Source: the human T2T-CHM13v2.0 reference genome, Homo sapiens. From it: a DNA stretch of 64,000 nucleotides. The DNA lies in the NCBI RefSeq assembly GCF_009914755.1, contig NC_060926.1, one strand, 5' to 3'. Below the pieces are notes generated by a model, which did not search any database, was not told where the DNA came from, and saw nothing but the letters and a program-made list of their open reading frames with translations. This document shows, in pieces, positions 38,366-54,153 of the stretch. Within the stretch, counting starts at the first letter, position 1, and every line of letters starts with the position of its first letter. The position numbers and the translations under genes are program-made.

Positions 38366-38643
38366 GAAATGACAGTGAAGGTAAGAAAATATGTTAAAAG
38401 TGCTTGAGTCAGTGTTAGAAAATGTTGATTAAATATTGATATGCTGCTAAAGAACAAGTCTAGTTATACTGCTTTGAGCCCTGTACATTTCTTGTACACA
38501 CTTGGGCTGGCAAATGGAATCAACTGACTTTGAGGAAGAAGGGAAACTCCTACTAAAATTAGCCCACAGTACTATACAATTAAATATGGTTATAATGGTT
38601 AATTTTATGTGATGTGTATTTTATCACAATTGAAAATAATTTT

Positions 38644-38902
<259 letters not shown>

Positions 38903-40271
38903 TTAATAACTTTATAATTATAAACATAATTTTAAAGATTCATACATAAACCCAAATATTTTACTTGCCCCATCTATAGGAATAAACTGTTATGTTAAAA
39001 AAAGCCCAAAGTATCAAAAGCATTTTTAAGCATAAGGCCTAAAGTACCAGAGAAGAAAAAGAAGTGAAATAGAGGTATTATGAGATGAATTCAAGTCAAA
39101 AAAGGAAAATTATACCAGTAAAAGCTGGAAACACAGAAACAAAATCTAGTTTTAAAAAAGAAACTAGTATCAAGTTCTATTATTTTTATTTTTCATTTCT
39201 GAAAGATGATGAGTTAAAATACTCAAACCAGGGTACTTCCTCTTTGACAACAGCTTCAAATATTTTCAATTTTGCTTAGAATTAAAATAGCATCCAACTA
39301 TCTGTACATATTATATAGGTTGGAAAGGAAATACACTAAGATGATAAACAGTGGTTAGTTCTGGTGGTAGGATTATGGGTGATTTTTGATTATCTTTATT
39401 TGTGCAGTTTTCAGTAATAAACACATGTTATTATGTTATAAATAATCAAAACAAAACACCAACAAAACACGAACTCCCTGAGGGCTGGTGCTTTTCGCAG
39501 GCCCCATGCTGTGCTGCTGTGGGCTTGGAGCTCCCCGCAAATGCCTGGCACTGAGTGGGCACTCAGTGTTTGCTGGATGGTTGAGGTGTGAATGAATAGA
39601 GAACAAAACCTATACATACTTCAGATCAAAGCATAACCTAACATACATTAAAATAACACTTAAATTATGCCTCACATCATCATATCAAAATACAAGTTAA
39701 GAAAACGTGAGAAACATTTTAAGTTACATTTTCAAGTACACTTGGGATATTTTGCTTGAAAAATATGCAAAGAACCTTGAATAACTATTCCAGGTTTTAT
39801 TAAGGAAAAACATCTTCATGTTAAAAATAGTTGGGTCTTTTAAAACTTCCATTTATATAAAAGTCAAAAGCAGACATCAGAACAGCTCCATATTTACAAT
39901 CAGCAGTTGGTCTTGAAATAATTTGTTTAGTTACTAATTTCTTCCAAGTTTTAGTACAATTTAGTTAAGTAAACAAAATTGTTTTCTAAAGAACCAGACT
40001 TATTATAGTACATTTAATGTAAATTATGCTATCACTCTGCTAGAATATAGAAGAAAACATGATAATTTATTATTTTTAAATTTTTTTTCATTTAGAGAAG
40101 ACTAAATTTTAGCAATCCAGAACTATAGTTGGCTTAAGATTAAAATACTGCTTTGCAATTTCTATTACCTTATATCACTCTCCCTAATCTAGTCTCTTCT
40201 GATTAAGGAGCTGTTCTCCTTGGCAGAATAACCCTGCAGAGATTGAACATGACACGGGACTGGATACTTGC

Positions 40272-40452
40272 TCTGTATAACTATCCAAGAAGAGACTTGA
40301 ATGCTTCAGGATGACCAAACTCCTGGCTTCCTTTACCCCATGAAGGAAGCTGCTCAATGAGGCTCCATGCTGACCAATGAGGTAACACAGCTTGCTGAAT
40401 CGGCTAGCCACCTCCTGCAACAGCTGGACTGTAGTTGTAGTGCCCAAATTTT
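40272..40452 (-). CDS. ALS2: ALS2 exon 11 (181 bp), with non-canonical GC donor
   Basis: ttatag|AAAATT acceptor; AGA|gcaagt keeps frame with exon 12 (SYTE/YCTSI). Confidence 0.92.
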
Positions 40453-41387
40453 CTATAACAAAATAATGATGATGATGACAACACAAACTGAAAACCGATC
40501 ACTTTATTATGATATGATTATGATTATGAATTCCTCTAAGACTACTTAACCTGTTGCCATGTGCTCTCAACTAAGGAACCCAAATGATTACAGTATTAAA
40601 GCAACCTCAAAGATCACAGTATCCAGTCCTTTGAGGAACTTGTTAAAAACACATTCACAGGAACCTTATAGATTCCAGGATGGCTTTTTCTGTTAAAAAA
40701 GACTCTCCAGGTGATTTTAAAGATGAGCCAAATTTGAGAACCACTGAGCTAATGCAACTCTCTGGTCATTTTGAAGATAAGTAATCTGAAGCCAAGAGAA
40801 GGGAAGTCAATTATCTAACTTAAGCCACTGATTAGTGACAGTCAGGAATTAAACTCACTTGGGGAGTTATATCTTTGTAAACATTTTCAGCTTTTTTGTT
40901 CTGACTTCTGCTCTACTTGCCTCTTTGAAAAGCCCAACCCTTCAGTGCAGAGAAGGCAATCCAAACATTGGACCACTGAGGATGCTCTGAATTTCAGAGA
41001 GGGCACCAGGATATTATTTGCTTTTTGCCTGTCTAAAGTTCCTCATTTCTAGGACTTCTTTCCAAGCAATTAGGAAAGTAGACTGGGAAGACCAACAAAG
41101 AAATCAGCAACCAGGACAGGAAAGAGGCAGATTTAACCTTTCTTTCAGAGCAATCCAGGAAGCTTCCAGCTTAGATTGCTTCCTTTCTCTTGGCAAAGTC
41201 CTGGAGTGTTCAGCCTACCTAGAGGAGGGGAATTTATAGAACAGAGACTCCACAACACTTAAAAGGCAGAAGGTAATAAAAACAAAAACACAAATGCAGA
41301 CAGTCCTCAGCTTACAAAGGGATTATATTCACAAAGACTGTAAATTAGTTGTTTGAAAAGATGTTTTTCCACTAGAAACAATGGGCA

Positions 41388-41686
41388 GGCCGGGCACGGT
41401 GGCTCATGCCTGTAATCCCACCACTTTGGGAGGCCGAGGCAGGCAGATCACTTAAGGCCAGGAGTACAAGACCAGCCTGGGAAACATGGCAAAACCCCGT
41501 CTCTATTAAAAATACAAAAATTAGCAGGAGTGGTAGTGCACACCTGTAGTCCCAGCTACTCAGGTGGCTGAGGCACGAGAATTGCTTGAACCCAGGAGGT
41601 GAAGGTTGCAGTGAGCCGAGATTGTGCCACTACACTCCAGCCTGGGTGACAGAGCAAGACTCTGTCTCAAAAAAAAAAAAAAAAAG
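41388..41686 (+). mobile_element. AluS element
   Basis: TSD agaaacaatgggc. Confidence 0.92.
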
Positions 41687-42077
41687 AAAGAAACAATGGG
41701 CTGACCTGCAGAAGACAATGTCCTCAACATGGCAAAAGTGATGTACTAGAGAATTAACCTGAATTCTGGGTCAACACAGTGGGGCAAGGAGTGCAGGAGA
41801 GAGAAAGAGAAAGAAAACTTCCTGTTTTCTGACTGTAGGGCCAAACCCAGAAAAAAAATTTGAAATAGGAAAAGTTTATCTGCAACAGTTCCCTCAACTT
41901 CCATTCTGCATTCCTTTCTATTCTCCCAGAGACCCCCAGGTACCCAGTATATCTGGACAGTGGCATCCCATCTAGTACTACTGTAACCCATTGCCTCTGT
42001 ATTACCCCGTCACTTCCAACCTCTTTGTAGCTGGGCATAGCTAAGAAAAAGAATCAGATTTAATCAACTCATGCTGA

Positions 42078-42372
<295 letters not shown>

Positions 42373-42827
42373 CGGATAAGAGCTTTAACACTCTTATAGT
42401 TATCCACAACTTTAAGAGACTACTTGTAAATCCAAATAAATCTCTACTTGATACAATTCTAAGAACTATAATGAGGAAAATAAAAAATTCAGATAGTATA
42501 CTGGAAGATCTCTTAGGACCAGCAGGGGGAGAAGTGTTGTTTGGAAGTCTAACTTTATGTAGGGTCAACTTTCCCAAAGTTGTTTTTGTTCCTCTGCCAT
42601 GAATATCCTAAAAGTTCCATTTTCTACTTCTGGAAGCCGCAGGAGCTCTGGGAGTGGTAGGACAGGGCAGGGGCAGTGAGGCTATTGACAAATTGGAAAC
42701 AGTTTGTAAATTGTTGACTACCTGTGTACACACACACAAAGACAGTGCATAGAAAGAAGTAAACCATAAACTAACAGGTTTTCATTATTTGTGACATAGG
42801 AAGAAGAGATAAAGACCTGATGGTTTA

Positions 42828-43052
<225 letters not shown>

Positions 43053-43814
43053 TTAAATATAACATATAATTATGTTACTAATTTGGTATACTGAAGCTGG
43101 CTTATATCAGCTGACAAGAGCTAACTGTTAAATATTCAGAAAATTTGCAAGCAAGTAATTAAACCATTGGCAGCTTGAAAATTGGCCATAGTGAAAATCT
43201 GCAAGCACCACAGACTAGGGTTTTTTTTGGGGGGGTCGTCAGGGTCGCTTTTTTTTAGAGCTGGTTCATCAGTACATCATTGTTATATATGCATATCCAG
43301 ATCTATACATAACTATACACACCTACTTTCAATTATCTCCAAGATACCTTTCATTTCACATTACAACTGTTTGGAAACAGACCCCCTGGATATATAAAGA
43401 TCCAAATGATAGGGATACATGTCTCAGGACCACTTTCCGAGTAAAATAAGATTAATGAGACCAGGGAGGATCTCTATGCTATATATTAAAATATCTAGGA
43501 TCTAAGAATTAACCTGCCTTTTGTACAATGAAAAGAGATTTTCTTAAAAAGGGACTTTTTGTCATTTACCCCAGATACCACTGTATAAAAAACATTCCAT
43601 GTCTTTATTCACATATCCCATTAAATCAGGCAGGCAAGCTACAGACCCAATGCACTATTAACATCCCATGATAACCAAAGACACACACGAGAGCTTCATT
43701 CCTTTCATCAGCCTATTTGATCGTCTATCTAGACTGTGAAATCATTCATGGGGAATGTAAAGCCAGGACTGGCAACTACAGACACATCTTGGCCAATGTT
43801 GCCTTTAATCTTTA

Positions 43815-43959
<145 letters not shown>

Positions 43960-44266
43960 TAGCAAGAAAGATCTTGTCCCCACACATTCATAACTTACTA
44001 GCCAGAAAAACAAACACAAAGACTAAAAAAAAAAGCCCATATGCTATTTTACTTAATAAAAATAAGAAATCCTAGAATATACTAGTTTTGGGGGTTAATT
44101 TCCCTGCAGCATGTCACTTGGAGAATGTGAGTTACTTTATGGGGAAAAGAAAGCTAGAAATAAGCCAATGGTTTCAGTTTACAAAAAAGAAGGGAAAACA
44201 GAGTGGGAAAGCAGATCAAATAAAAAGGGGATAAACAGTAGGTAAACAGTAGGAAATAAAATTAAG

Positions 44267-44580
<314 letters not shown>

Positions 44581-44794
44581 AAGTGGAGAAGTGAAGCAGG
44601 GAAAAACAGAACACTGTTGGTTGTCTGTTGGGTCTCTCATGGTCTGCCATGAGCCTATCTCAGGCTCTTGCATTGTTACTTCCCACTTAATAGTTAGAAA
44701 TTCATCTACTCTATTTCTAATTCACCTCGAGGGCTCTACGGCTGCAGTCAGGAAACTTCATAGTAAAATGTACTTTCCAATATTCCTACATGAG

Positions 44795-45070
44795 GGTGTT
44801 AATTCAACAAACATTTATAAAGTATGTACTATGCTCATCAAATATCATCAAAATATTTATAAAGTATGTACTATGCTACAGCAGTGAATGAGATAGCCTA
44901 AAATCCCTACCCTTCTGAATCTTACATTATAGTAAGGAGGACAGACAATAGACAAAGTGAGTAAATTATATAGTGTATTCGATGGTGATAGGCCCTTTGG
45001 AGAGAGAAGATAAGGAGTGAAGGGGGCTTGAAAGGAGTTTGCAATTTTAAATAAGGTAGTTAGAGATGCT
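44795..45070 (-). mobile_element. L2 3'-end fragment
   Basis: aattcaacaaacatttat...cttacatt...ggacagacaatagacaa. Confidence 0.7.
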
Positions 45071-45122
45071 TACTAATAATTAGCCATACATACAAATAAA
45101 AACAAAAACAAAAGACTTCTTA

Positions 45123-45389
<267 letters not shown>

Positions 45390-45931
45390 TCAGAGAGAAC
45401 TTCGGATCCACAGGAACTGAAACGTTAGGTTGCTTAAATAAGCGTGGTGCAGTCAGTCATATCTGAGAGCAAACTTACCCAGCAATTTGCCCAATCAAAT
45501 GCAGAGCAGGTGCAGGAGTAAGACGGAATCCCTTGTTCAGCTTTTAAATTTAGAACTGTTTTTATAAAAATCTGAAAAATTGGAATTTAAAAAGGAAAAA
45601 CCACACATCTAATTTTTTATTGTTACTTTTGGAAGTCTGCACAGACTGTATTATAATGAAGAGACCCAGAAACTTCCAGAGCCCTACTCTTGAAGTGACA
45701 ATTAGGACATACCTCTGTCCTTCCACATTTGGCTGTGTGCACAAAAATCGAGGTAAAAGAAAACAAACTAATAAGGCTAAATTCTATTCTGGCCAACTAA
45801 ACTCTTGGGTGCTAAAATTCAGTTTTCCCACTTGGAACTCTACCAGTCCTACGTGACTTTACTGTGCCTACTCCCAGGATGTTAAAACAGGCAGAGCCCC
45901 TGAGAAGCCCATCTACAGGGATCCCTTAGAC

Positions 45932-46412
<481 letters not shown>

Positions 46413-48304
46413 CCTTTAAACCAATAATTTTCAAACCTCGGGATTCCACACAGTGATTCAGTAGCCACCATGCCAAGGCAGGTGCCAGGGCTCTAGGCCC
46501 CCACTCCATCCTTAACCAAAGTAGTTCCTCATTTGTGGGTTTTATGTATGGGATTCCTCATAAGATTTCATTTGGAGAAAGTGTGTTACTGCAAAAACTA
46601 CTACCTCTAACCTCTAGACCCAGCTTCAGCTCCTAGACTGATAGGCAACACACACACACACACAAATACACTCTCTAATCTGTTAGATCCTTTGTGTTTA
46701 GATAGTTTCAGCACTGACTCCTGGACTGACGAACAACCCCTAATCTATTAGATCCTTAGTATCTAGCTAGGCTCCAAATCATAGGTGATTTTGTGTGTGT
46801 GTTGTGTGTGTGTGTGTGTGTCTACTACTAATTTTATAGCAGTCTTCTTCTGGCATGACATTATGTTCTCAAATTCAGGCGATCCAAATAACGGACTTCC
46901 CATTCATTTTGCAAAGGACGCATTACAATTTTTGCAAAAGGAGTCTTCTTCCTAGTCTCAAAACTAATTCAAATCTCACTCTGCCTTCACTTTTAATTCT
47001 CACAGATTAATCAGGATGACTTCAAAAATGTTTTTCTCAGCCTTCCTCAAATAAAAAAACCAAGCTCCCAATGATGTCGGAGAGTTATGAAACTAAAATC
47101 TTGTAACAAACTATTCTCTTGTTTGCTCTAAAATGTTAAAAAGGAGTTTGATTTTCAGGTCTCCATGCTACATTACAAAGGTTTCCTTAGTATGAATAAG
47201 CACACACTTCAAATAAACAAAAAACAAGGAACAATGATTTGCAATATCTTTGTGATAATGTATCAGAAACTGAATAGCTTACTACTACGATGTTTTATAC
47301 TGAAAACATTTCAGATTGGAGCTAGAAGTAATAATTGTTCCCTAATGTTTTATTAAGCCTTTTCTTCCCAGTAAAATTAAGTTCACCAAAAGGAAAGGCA
47401 GCATGTAAAAATCTTAAATAGTGACAGATGCACAGTGCACATTGCATATATGAATTATTGGCATATTTATTAACTGTCACATTCAAATCATATTCCTAAA
47501 ATTGACGTAATTGCCCTTCTTTAATCTCCATTACTCCAGAGGGAGCATGTCTTGGGAACGGGGAGATATCAGAATCCAACTACATATCTATGACCTCCAT
47601 ATTCCATTCTGTCACATGGAGGGCATCTCTACCAAAAACCCTAAAACTCTTGTTCAAGGAACCAGTACAATTGATGAGAATTTGGTATTTCCTCAGGGTG
47701 ATGAGGCGGAACACAAGGTGGAGAAACACTGCTACAGAACTTCATCAAAGAGACTAGAAGCTACCAATCTCTCAATGGCATTACATAAACTAAAACCAAT
47801 CCATCTAACAGTAAAAAAAAAAAAATTCACCTCTACTTTTAGCTTTACTACAGAAAGTGAAAAGGCTTACAAAAAAAAATGTTTTACTACTCTGCATGTT
47901 ATTTTTAAATGCACACACAAAATTACACCATCAAATAATGTTATGTAAAAGTCAAACAATGGAGAATTCAAAGAGTAGACATTATCTGGTAACGCTGAGA
48001 AAACAGCAGAGTCCTAGAAACATGTTTTAAAAGAAAGCACTTTTTCATTTTTTTACTTAAAAAAACAAAGAAACTATGCATATTTAATCAACAGTTGAAG
48101 CTAAGAAATATAAACACATAAAAAACGGATATTTAGCTTGAAAACACGTGGCTTCCTGTTTTTAAAAATTTTCTTATGAAAACCAAAACAAATTTAGGTT
48201 GTACGTATGAAATTCCCCCGATATTTTAAAATAAGAAATGGAGAAGTATAAGGTGTTACAGCTAAGAATTGTGGAATAAGTTGCTATCAAGTTCACAAAA
48301 GTAC

Positions 48305-48382
48305 CTTTGCAAGACGAGGAACTGTTGTTGGAAAATCGGAATGCCCAAGTTGACCAAAGGTATTGCTACCCCATGAGTAAAC
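48305..48382 (-). CDS. ALS2: ALS2 exon 8 (78 bp)
   Basis: tgatag|GTTTAC acceptor, AAG|gtactt donor; VYSWGSNTFGQLGHSDFPTTVPRLAK. Confidence 0.95.
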
Positions 48383-48523
48383 CTATCAAAAAAACACAGA
48401 AAAGTAGCTAAGCGTTGTGAATCTGATTTTGCACATCAACTCTGAACCTTTATAATAATTAACATATATACACAAATACCAACAATTATACATTAAGTAC
48501 TTATATTAGTCTTTCACTCTTTA

Positions 48524-48838
<315 letters not shown>

Positions 48839-49443
48839 TCAGGTGCTTACTAACTGCCAGACATTGTTCTTAACACTTTCTGTATATTAATTGATGATTC
48901 ATTCTCACAACAATCCTAACAAAAATAAATAAATAAGGAAACCCAGAGAGGTTAATTTACCCATGGTCACAAATTCATATGTAAGAGGCAGGATTTAATC
49001 CCAGGAATTATCGTATACTGCCTCTTTTAGAGAAAGCAATAAAAACATTAAGTGATATAGAGGAAGAGTAATCATGATTTCCTACTCTGTAGATAAAAGT
49101 ACTATGGAATGAACAGAAAACCTTTCATACATGAAGAGTTACTGTAAGAGAAACACAAGTACCTACACGACACTACAAACAAAAAAACTAGATTGCAATG
49201 ACTAGGTTTAAAATGTTTGTTTATTCTGATTATGAAAGTAATTCATGGTCATTGTACAAGACTGTGACAGTACAAAAATAAAAATAGAAATAAAGTGAAA
49301 ATCACTGATCAACCACTTGGTGGCACCTACTCTTTTGCACATCAGTAAGTATAGATCTGTAACATCATTGTTAATAACTATCTAGAACTCTACTGTGCAT
49401 ATACTTTAACAAATTACGTACTGAATTAAGTTCTTTCCAATTC

Positions 49444-49744
49444 CTTTTTTTTTTTTTTTTTGGAAGCAGAGTCTCGATCTTGTCACCCAGGCTGGAGCAC
49501 AATGGCGCAATCTTGGCTCACTGCAACCTCCGCCTCCCAGATTCAAGCAATTCTCCTGCTCAGCCTTCCAAGTAGCTAGGATTACAGGCGCCTGTCATCA
49601 CGCCCGGCTAACTTCTGTGTTTTTAGTAGAGATGGGGTTTCACCATGTTGGCCAGGCTGGTCTTGAACTCCTGACCTCAGGTGATCCGCCCACCTCAACC
49701 TCCCAAAGTGCTGGGATTACAGGCATGAGCCACCACACTCAGCC
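49444..49744 (-). mobile_element. AluS element, within a probable degraded L1 (~49210-51320)
   Basis: Reverse Alu; TSD tccaattc. Confidence 0.9.
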
Positions 49745-51686
49745 TCCAATTCTTTAATATTAAAAAGGATAGGAAAAATCCTTGAATACATATATTCATG
49801 TATCTATTTGCTTAGGATAAATTCCTAGGCAAAGACTATGCCATTCTGATTTTTGATACATACTGACAAACTCTCTTCCAGCAAGGTCCAATTTACATTC
49901 CTGCCTGCACTGCACGCACATTTTCTCCTACATCCTAATCAATGCTCAGCATTGAATGTAATCCTTAGGTTTGCATAGGTTAATCTCATAGGTGAGAAAA
50001 ACACTGTACTGTTGTTTTTTAATTTAAATGTATTTGCTAAATGATCATCTTTTCATTTATTGCTGGCCATTTCTACTTCTTTTATGATGAAAATATAAAT
50101 ATCCTTTTGACAATTTTTATCCTTTGACAACTGTTCCTTTATATATAAGTGCAGCAACACTTTATCACATATGTTGCAGATATTTTTACCCAGTTTGTTA
50201 CGTATTTTCATTTTGTTTACACTGTTTTATTTGCTGTTCAGGACTGTTGAATTATCATATTGACAAACATATCTTACTTTCTAATTTCCAGTTTTGATGT
50301 TATGTCTTTTTCTATGCCTAAAAGACTCATCTTAATTTGTTCATACACACACACGCACACATACACACAGTTCTAGTTTTTAATGACATCATTAATACAC
50401 CCAGAATTAGAATATGTATAGCCATCTTAGTTTTCTCCTACAAATACGAAGCCAGTAAACATTTACTACATTTACCGGATACTCAAGTCTTGTTTTCCCA
50501 ACTGAATGGAAACACCCACTTTTATATCTTAAATTCTCATATATACTTGAGATTATTTCTAGCCGACAGGCATATTTCTGTTGCATTGATCTGTTTAATT
50601 TTATAATATATAAGGATAAATCTCTCTTTTTACCTGGCTCACCTATGTTTATTCTTCTGAAGTAATTTTGGGATTATTTTATCAAATTGTAAATATTACA
50701 CTGGAATATTTTGGGGACTGTACTGAATTTTCACTGTGCTGATTAATGATTTAAGAGAGAAATGACATTTTTACAACTGATGCATCTCATCCAAAAATAA
50801 AACCTCTCACTTTACTACTGCTTTCATGACCCTTCAAAAGAGTTCTAAAGTTTGCATCATATGGGTTATATGCATTTTATACTTATTCCTACTTCCTTAA
50901 CACTTTTGGTGTAGTTCTGAGCAGAATTTCCTCGAGTATGTTTTGTTTTATTATATGTATATAATAAAGCCAGTAATTTTTATTTTGTAACTGACCTCCT
51001 TCCTAATCTCTCATTTTTAAGTCTTTTGAATGAATCATGTTAAAAACAGTAAATTCCCCTTTTTCTTTCCTAATATTAATATTTATACAAGTTATGTTAG
51101 TTTTTTGGCTAGCCTAGTATGTGAAATGTGCAATCAAATCAAATATTAAAAGGGCTTCGAATCCTTTATTGGCTTCTTAAAAAGATAAAGGAATTGGTGA
51201 AGCACCATTATCGAAATATGAATATATTTAATATTAACTTATTGCAGATGAGCAGTCTGGGTTTAAAAAAAAATTTAAAACAACTTCTTTATGTTTATGT
51301 ACATGGGTATGGTTTTTAGTAATGCTAGAGGTCACTTTCAGGTCCCACAGTTTTAAAGAAAAATGACTTTATTTTCTTAGTGTTTTACTATGTATCTTCT
51401 TTGTAACAAATAAAAATTCACCAATACCCTGGAAAATCTGGGGTTCTCTTTTTAGGTGAGAACACATTATAGAAAGCTCCTAAATCAGGCAGAAAAGTGT
51501 TTAAATCCAAGCTCTACTGTTACGTATGTGTGACTTTAGACAAGTTACATAATTTCTCTTACTCCACTTCCCTCGTCTGTAAAGTGGAAATAATACCATA
51601 CAAAATATTGGAAAGCTAAAATGAGATACGGTTATCATTGCCTGACATATAGCAGATAATCAACAAATGAGGGTCCAACAATGTCA

Positions 51687-51863
<177 letters not shown>

Positions 51864-52589
51864 TCAAAGTATTCTCAGCAAGAATCGTAGCCTTTCTCAA
51901 ATTATAAAGTGCTGTCGTGTAAAAATAAACATTTCTAAAGAAAACATTAAAATAAACATAATGGATATATGGTCAATCTACTCCTAAATATCATGAATAA
52001 TTTTTGGAAGGTTTTAACCTTTGTCTATCAATCACTAATTAATCCCCATAATTTAGAATCTGTTAAGAATCATAAAACTACAAATGATTCTTTATAGCAA
52101 AAAGTATACTTAGGATACAGTAAAAAATAACCACAGAAGGAAGGTAATTTTTAAATTAATTCCAGTTGCCTTCACTCTACTATGAATAGAGACATTTATA
52201 TTAACTCACTACTTTAGATAATCATTCCAATTACTCACTTAAAAACTTCCCAATATCTAATTTGTTAATGTCGTAACAATTTCTAATAAACAAAATGCCA
52301 GTTTTACCCTAATATATGTGAATAGACATAGTCTGATGTTTGAATTATAGTTATTTTGGCAGTGGCAGAGACATCTTTCAGGTTAAAAAACAAAACAAAA
52401 AAAACTGTTGGCTCTTTTCTTTTCCTATGTGACAGGTGGGGGCCTCTTTTTCATCAATTAAAAATCTGAGCCATTCCTGTCTTCCAGTGAAATATAATCT
52501 TATCCCAACACCCCTTTCTGTACTCCAAGATGAACACACATTGAAGAAGATATGGAAAAGCGCACCATGGATACTTAAGTCTTTTACTG

Positions 52590-52904
52590 CTTTTTTTTTC
52601 TTTTCCTTTTTTTTTTTTTGAGATAAGAGTTTCATTCTTTTGCCCAGGCTGAAGTGAAGTGGCACAATCTCAGCTTACTGCAACCTCTGCCCTTCCCAGA
52701 TTCAAGCGATTCTCCTGCCTCAGCCTCCTGAGTAGCTGGAATTATAGGAGCCCACCACCATGCCCAGCTAATTTTTGTATTTTTAGTAGAGACTGGGTTT
52801 TGCCATGTTGGCCAGCCTGGTCTCAAACTCCTGACCTCAGGTGATCCACCTGCCTCAGTCTTCCAAAGCACTAGGATTAAAGGTGTGAGCCACCAGGCCT
52901 GGCC
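52590..52904 (-). mobile_element. AluS element
   Basis: TSD aagtc(t/c)tttactg. Confidence 0.92.
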
Positions 52905-53093
52905 AAGTCCTTTACTGTTAAGAACAAATTCAAGAGTAAAGTGACAGCTTTTTATCAGAGTTAATGGTGTGTAATAATCTGAAGCTAGAAGAGCCCAGAT
53001 TTCCTCTATGAGGAAAGTGAGATTTAGAGACCTTCCCAGGAGAGAGATTATTTGTTTAAGCCAACTTCTATCGGTAAATGTTGGTAGCGCTTA

Positions 53094-53321
<228 letters not shown>

Positions 53322-53707
53322 TCATTTGGACAAACTTAAGATTTTCAAAAACATACGCCACCAATGGTATTTTTGAAGCATATTCTAGAGGCTCTCTGTA
53401 GAAAAGGGGACCTGTTAGTCAAATGAAATTGGTAAATACTCACTGCTACAATCTATCCTCCCACTACCTCCTCTGCAGAGATTCACACACACATTAGCAC
53501 ACACTGAAGGTGGTGACAAATCCTGTAAATAAAAGCCCTGTTTAAATATGTTTAACCCAGCTGGAATTCCAAACATTTAGCCACAGAAACCTTTTCTGTA
53601 CAACATCTAGTGACATCCTATAGAACTTGTATTCTAAAGAATATGCTGAACAAAATACTATACTAAGGCTGACAAATACTTTTCTCATTTGAAAACAAAA
53701 ATTAACG

Positions 53708-54153
53708 AGCCAGGCAAAGTGGCTGTAGTCCTAGCTACTCAGGAGGCTGAGATGGAAGGATTCCTTGAGCACAGGAGTTTGAGGTTATAGTGTGTTATGA
53801 CTACATCTGTGAATACCCACTGCACTCCAGCCTGGGCAACATAGCAAGACACTGTCTCTTTTTTTTTTCTTGAGACGGAGTTTCGCTCTTGTCATCCAGG
53901 CTGGAGTGTAATGGCATGATCTCGGCTCGCAGGAACCTCTGCTTCCTGGGTTCAAGTGATTCTCCTGCCTCAGCCTCCTGAGTAGCTAGGATTACAGGCA
54001 TGCACCACCACACCCAGCTAATTTTTGTATTCTTAGTAGAGACAGGGTTTTGCCATACTGGCCAGGCTGTTCTCAAACTCCTGATCTCAAGTAATCCTCC
54101 TGCCTTGGCCTCCCAAAGTGCTGGGATTACAGGTGTGAGCCACTGTGCCCGGC
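53708..54153. mobile_element. Old Alu monomer (+, 53708-53858) abutting tail-to-tail a reverse AluS (53859-54153)
   Basis: Direct inspection of both consensus orientations. Confidence 0.87.

Noticed and set aside
47511-47948. 145-aa plus-strand ORF, the longest unexplained one
   Set aside because: Non-ATG start, poly(A)-derived lysine runs, no recognisable domain or splice context; probably chance or degraded repeat
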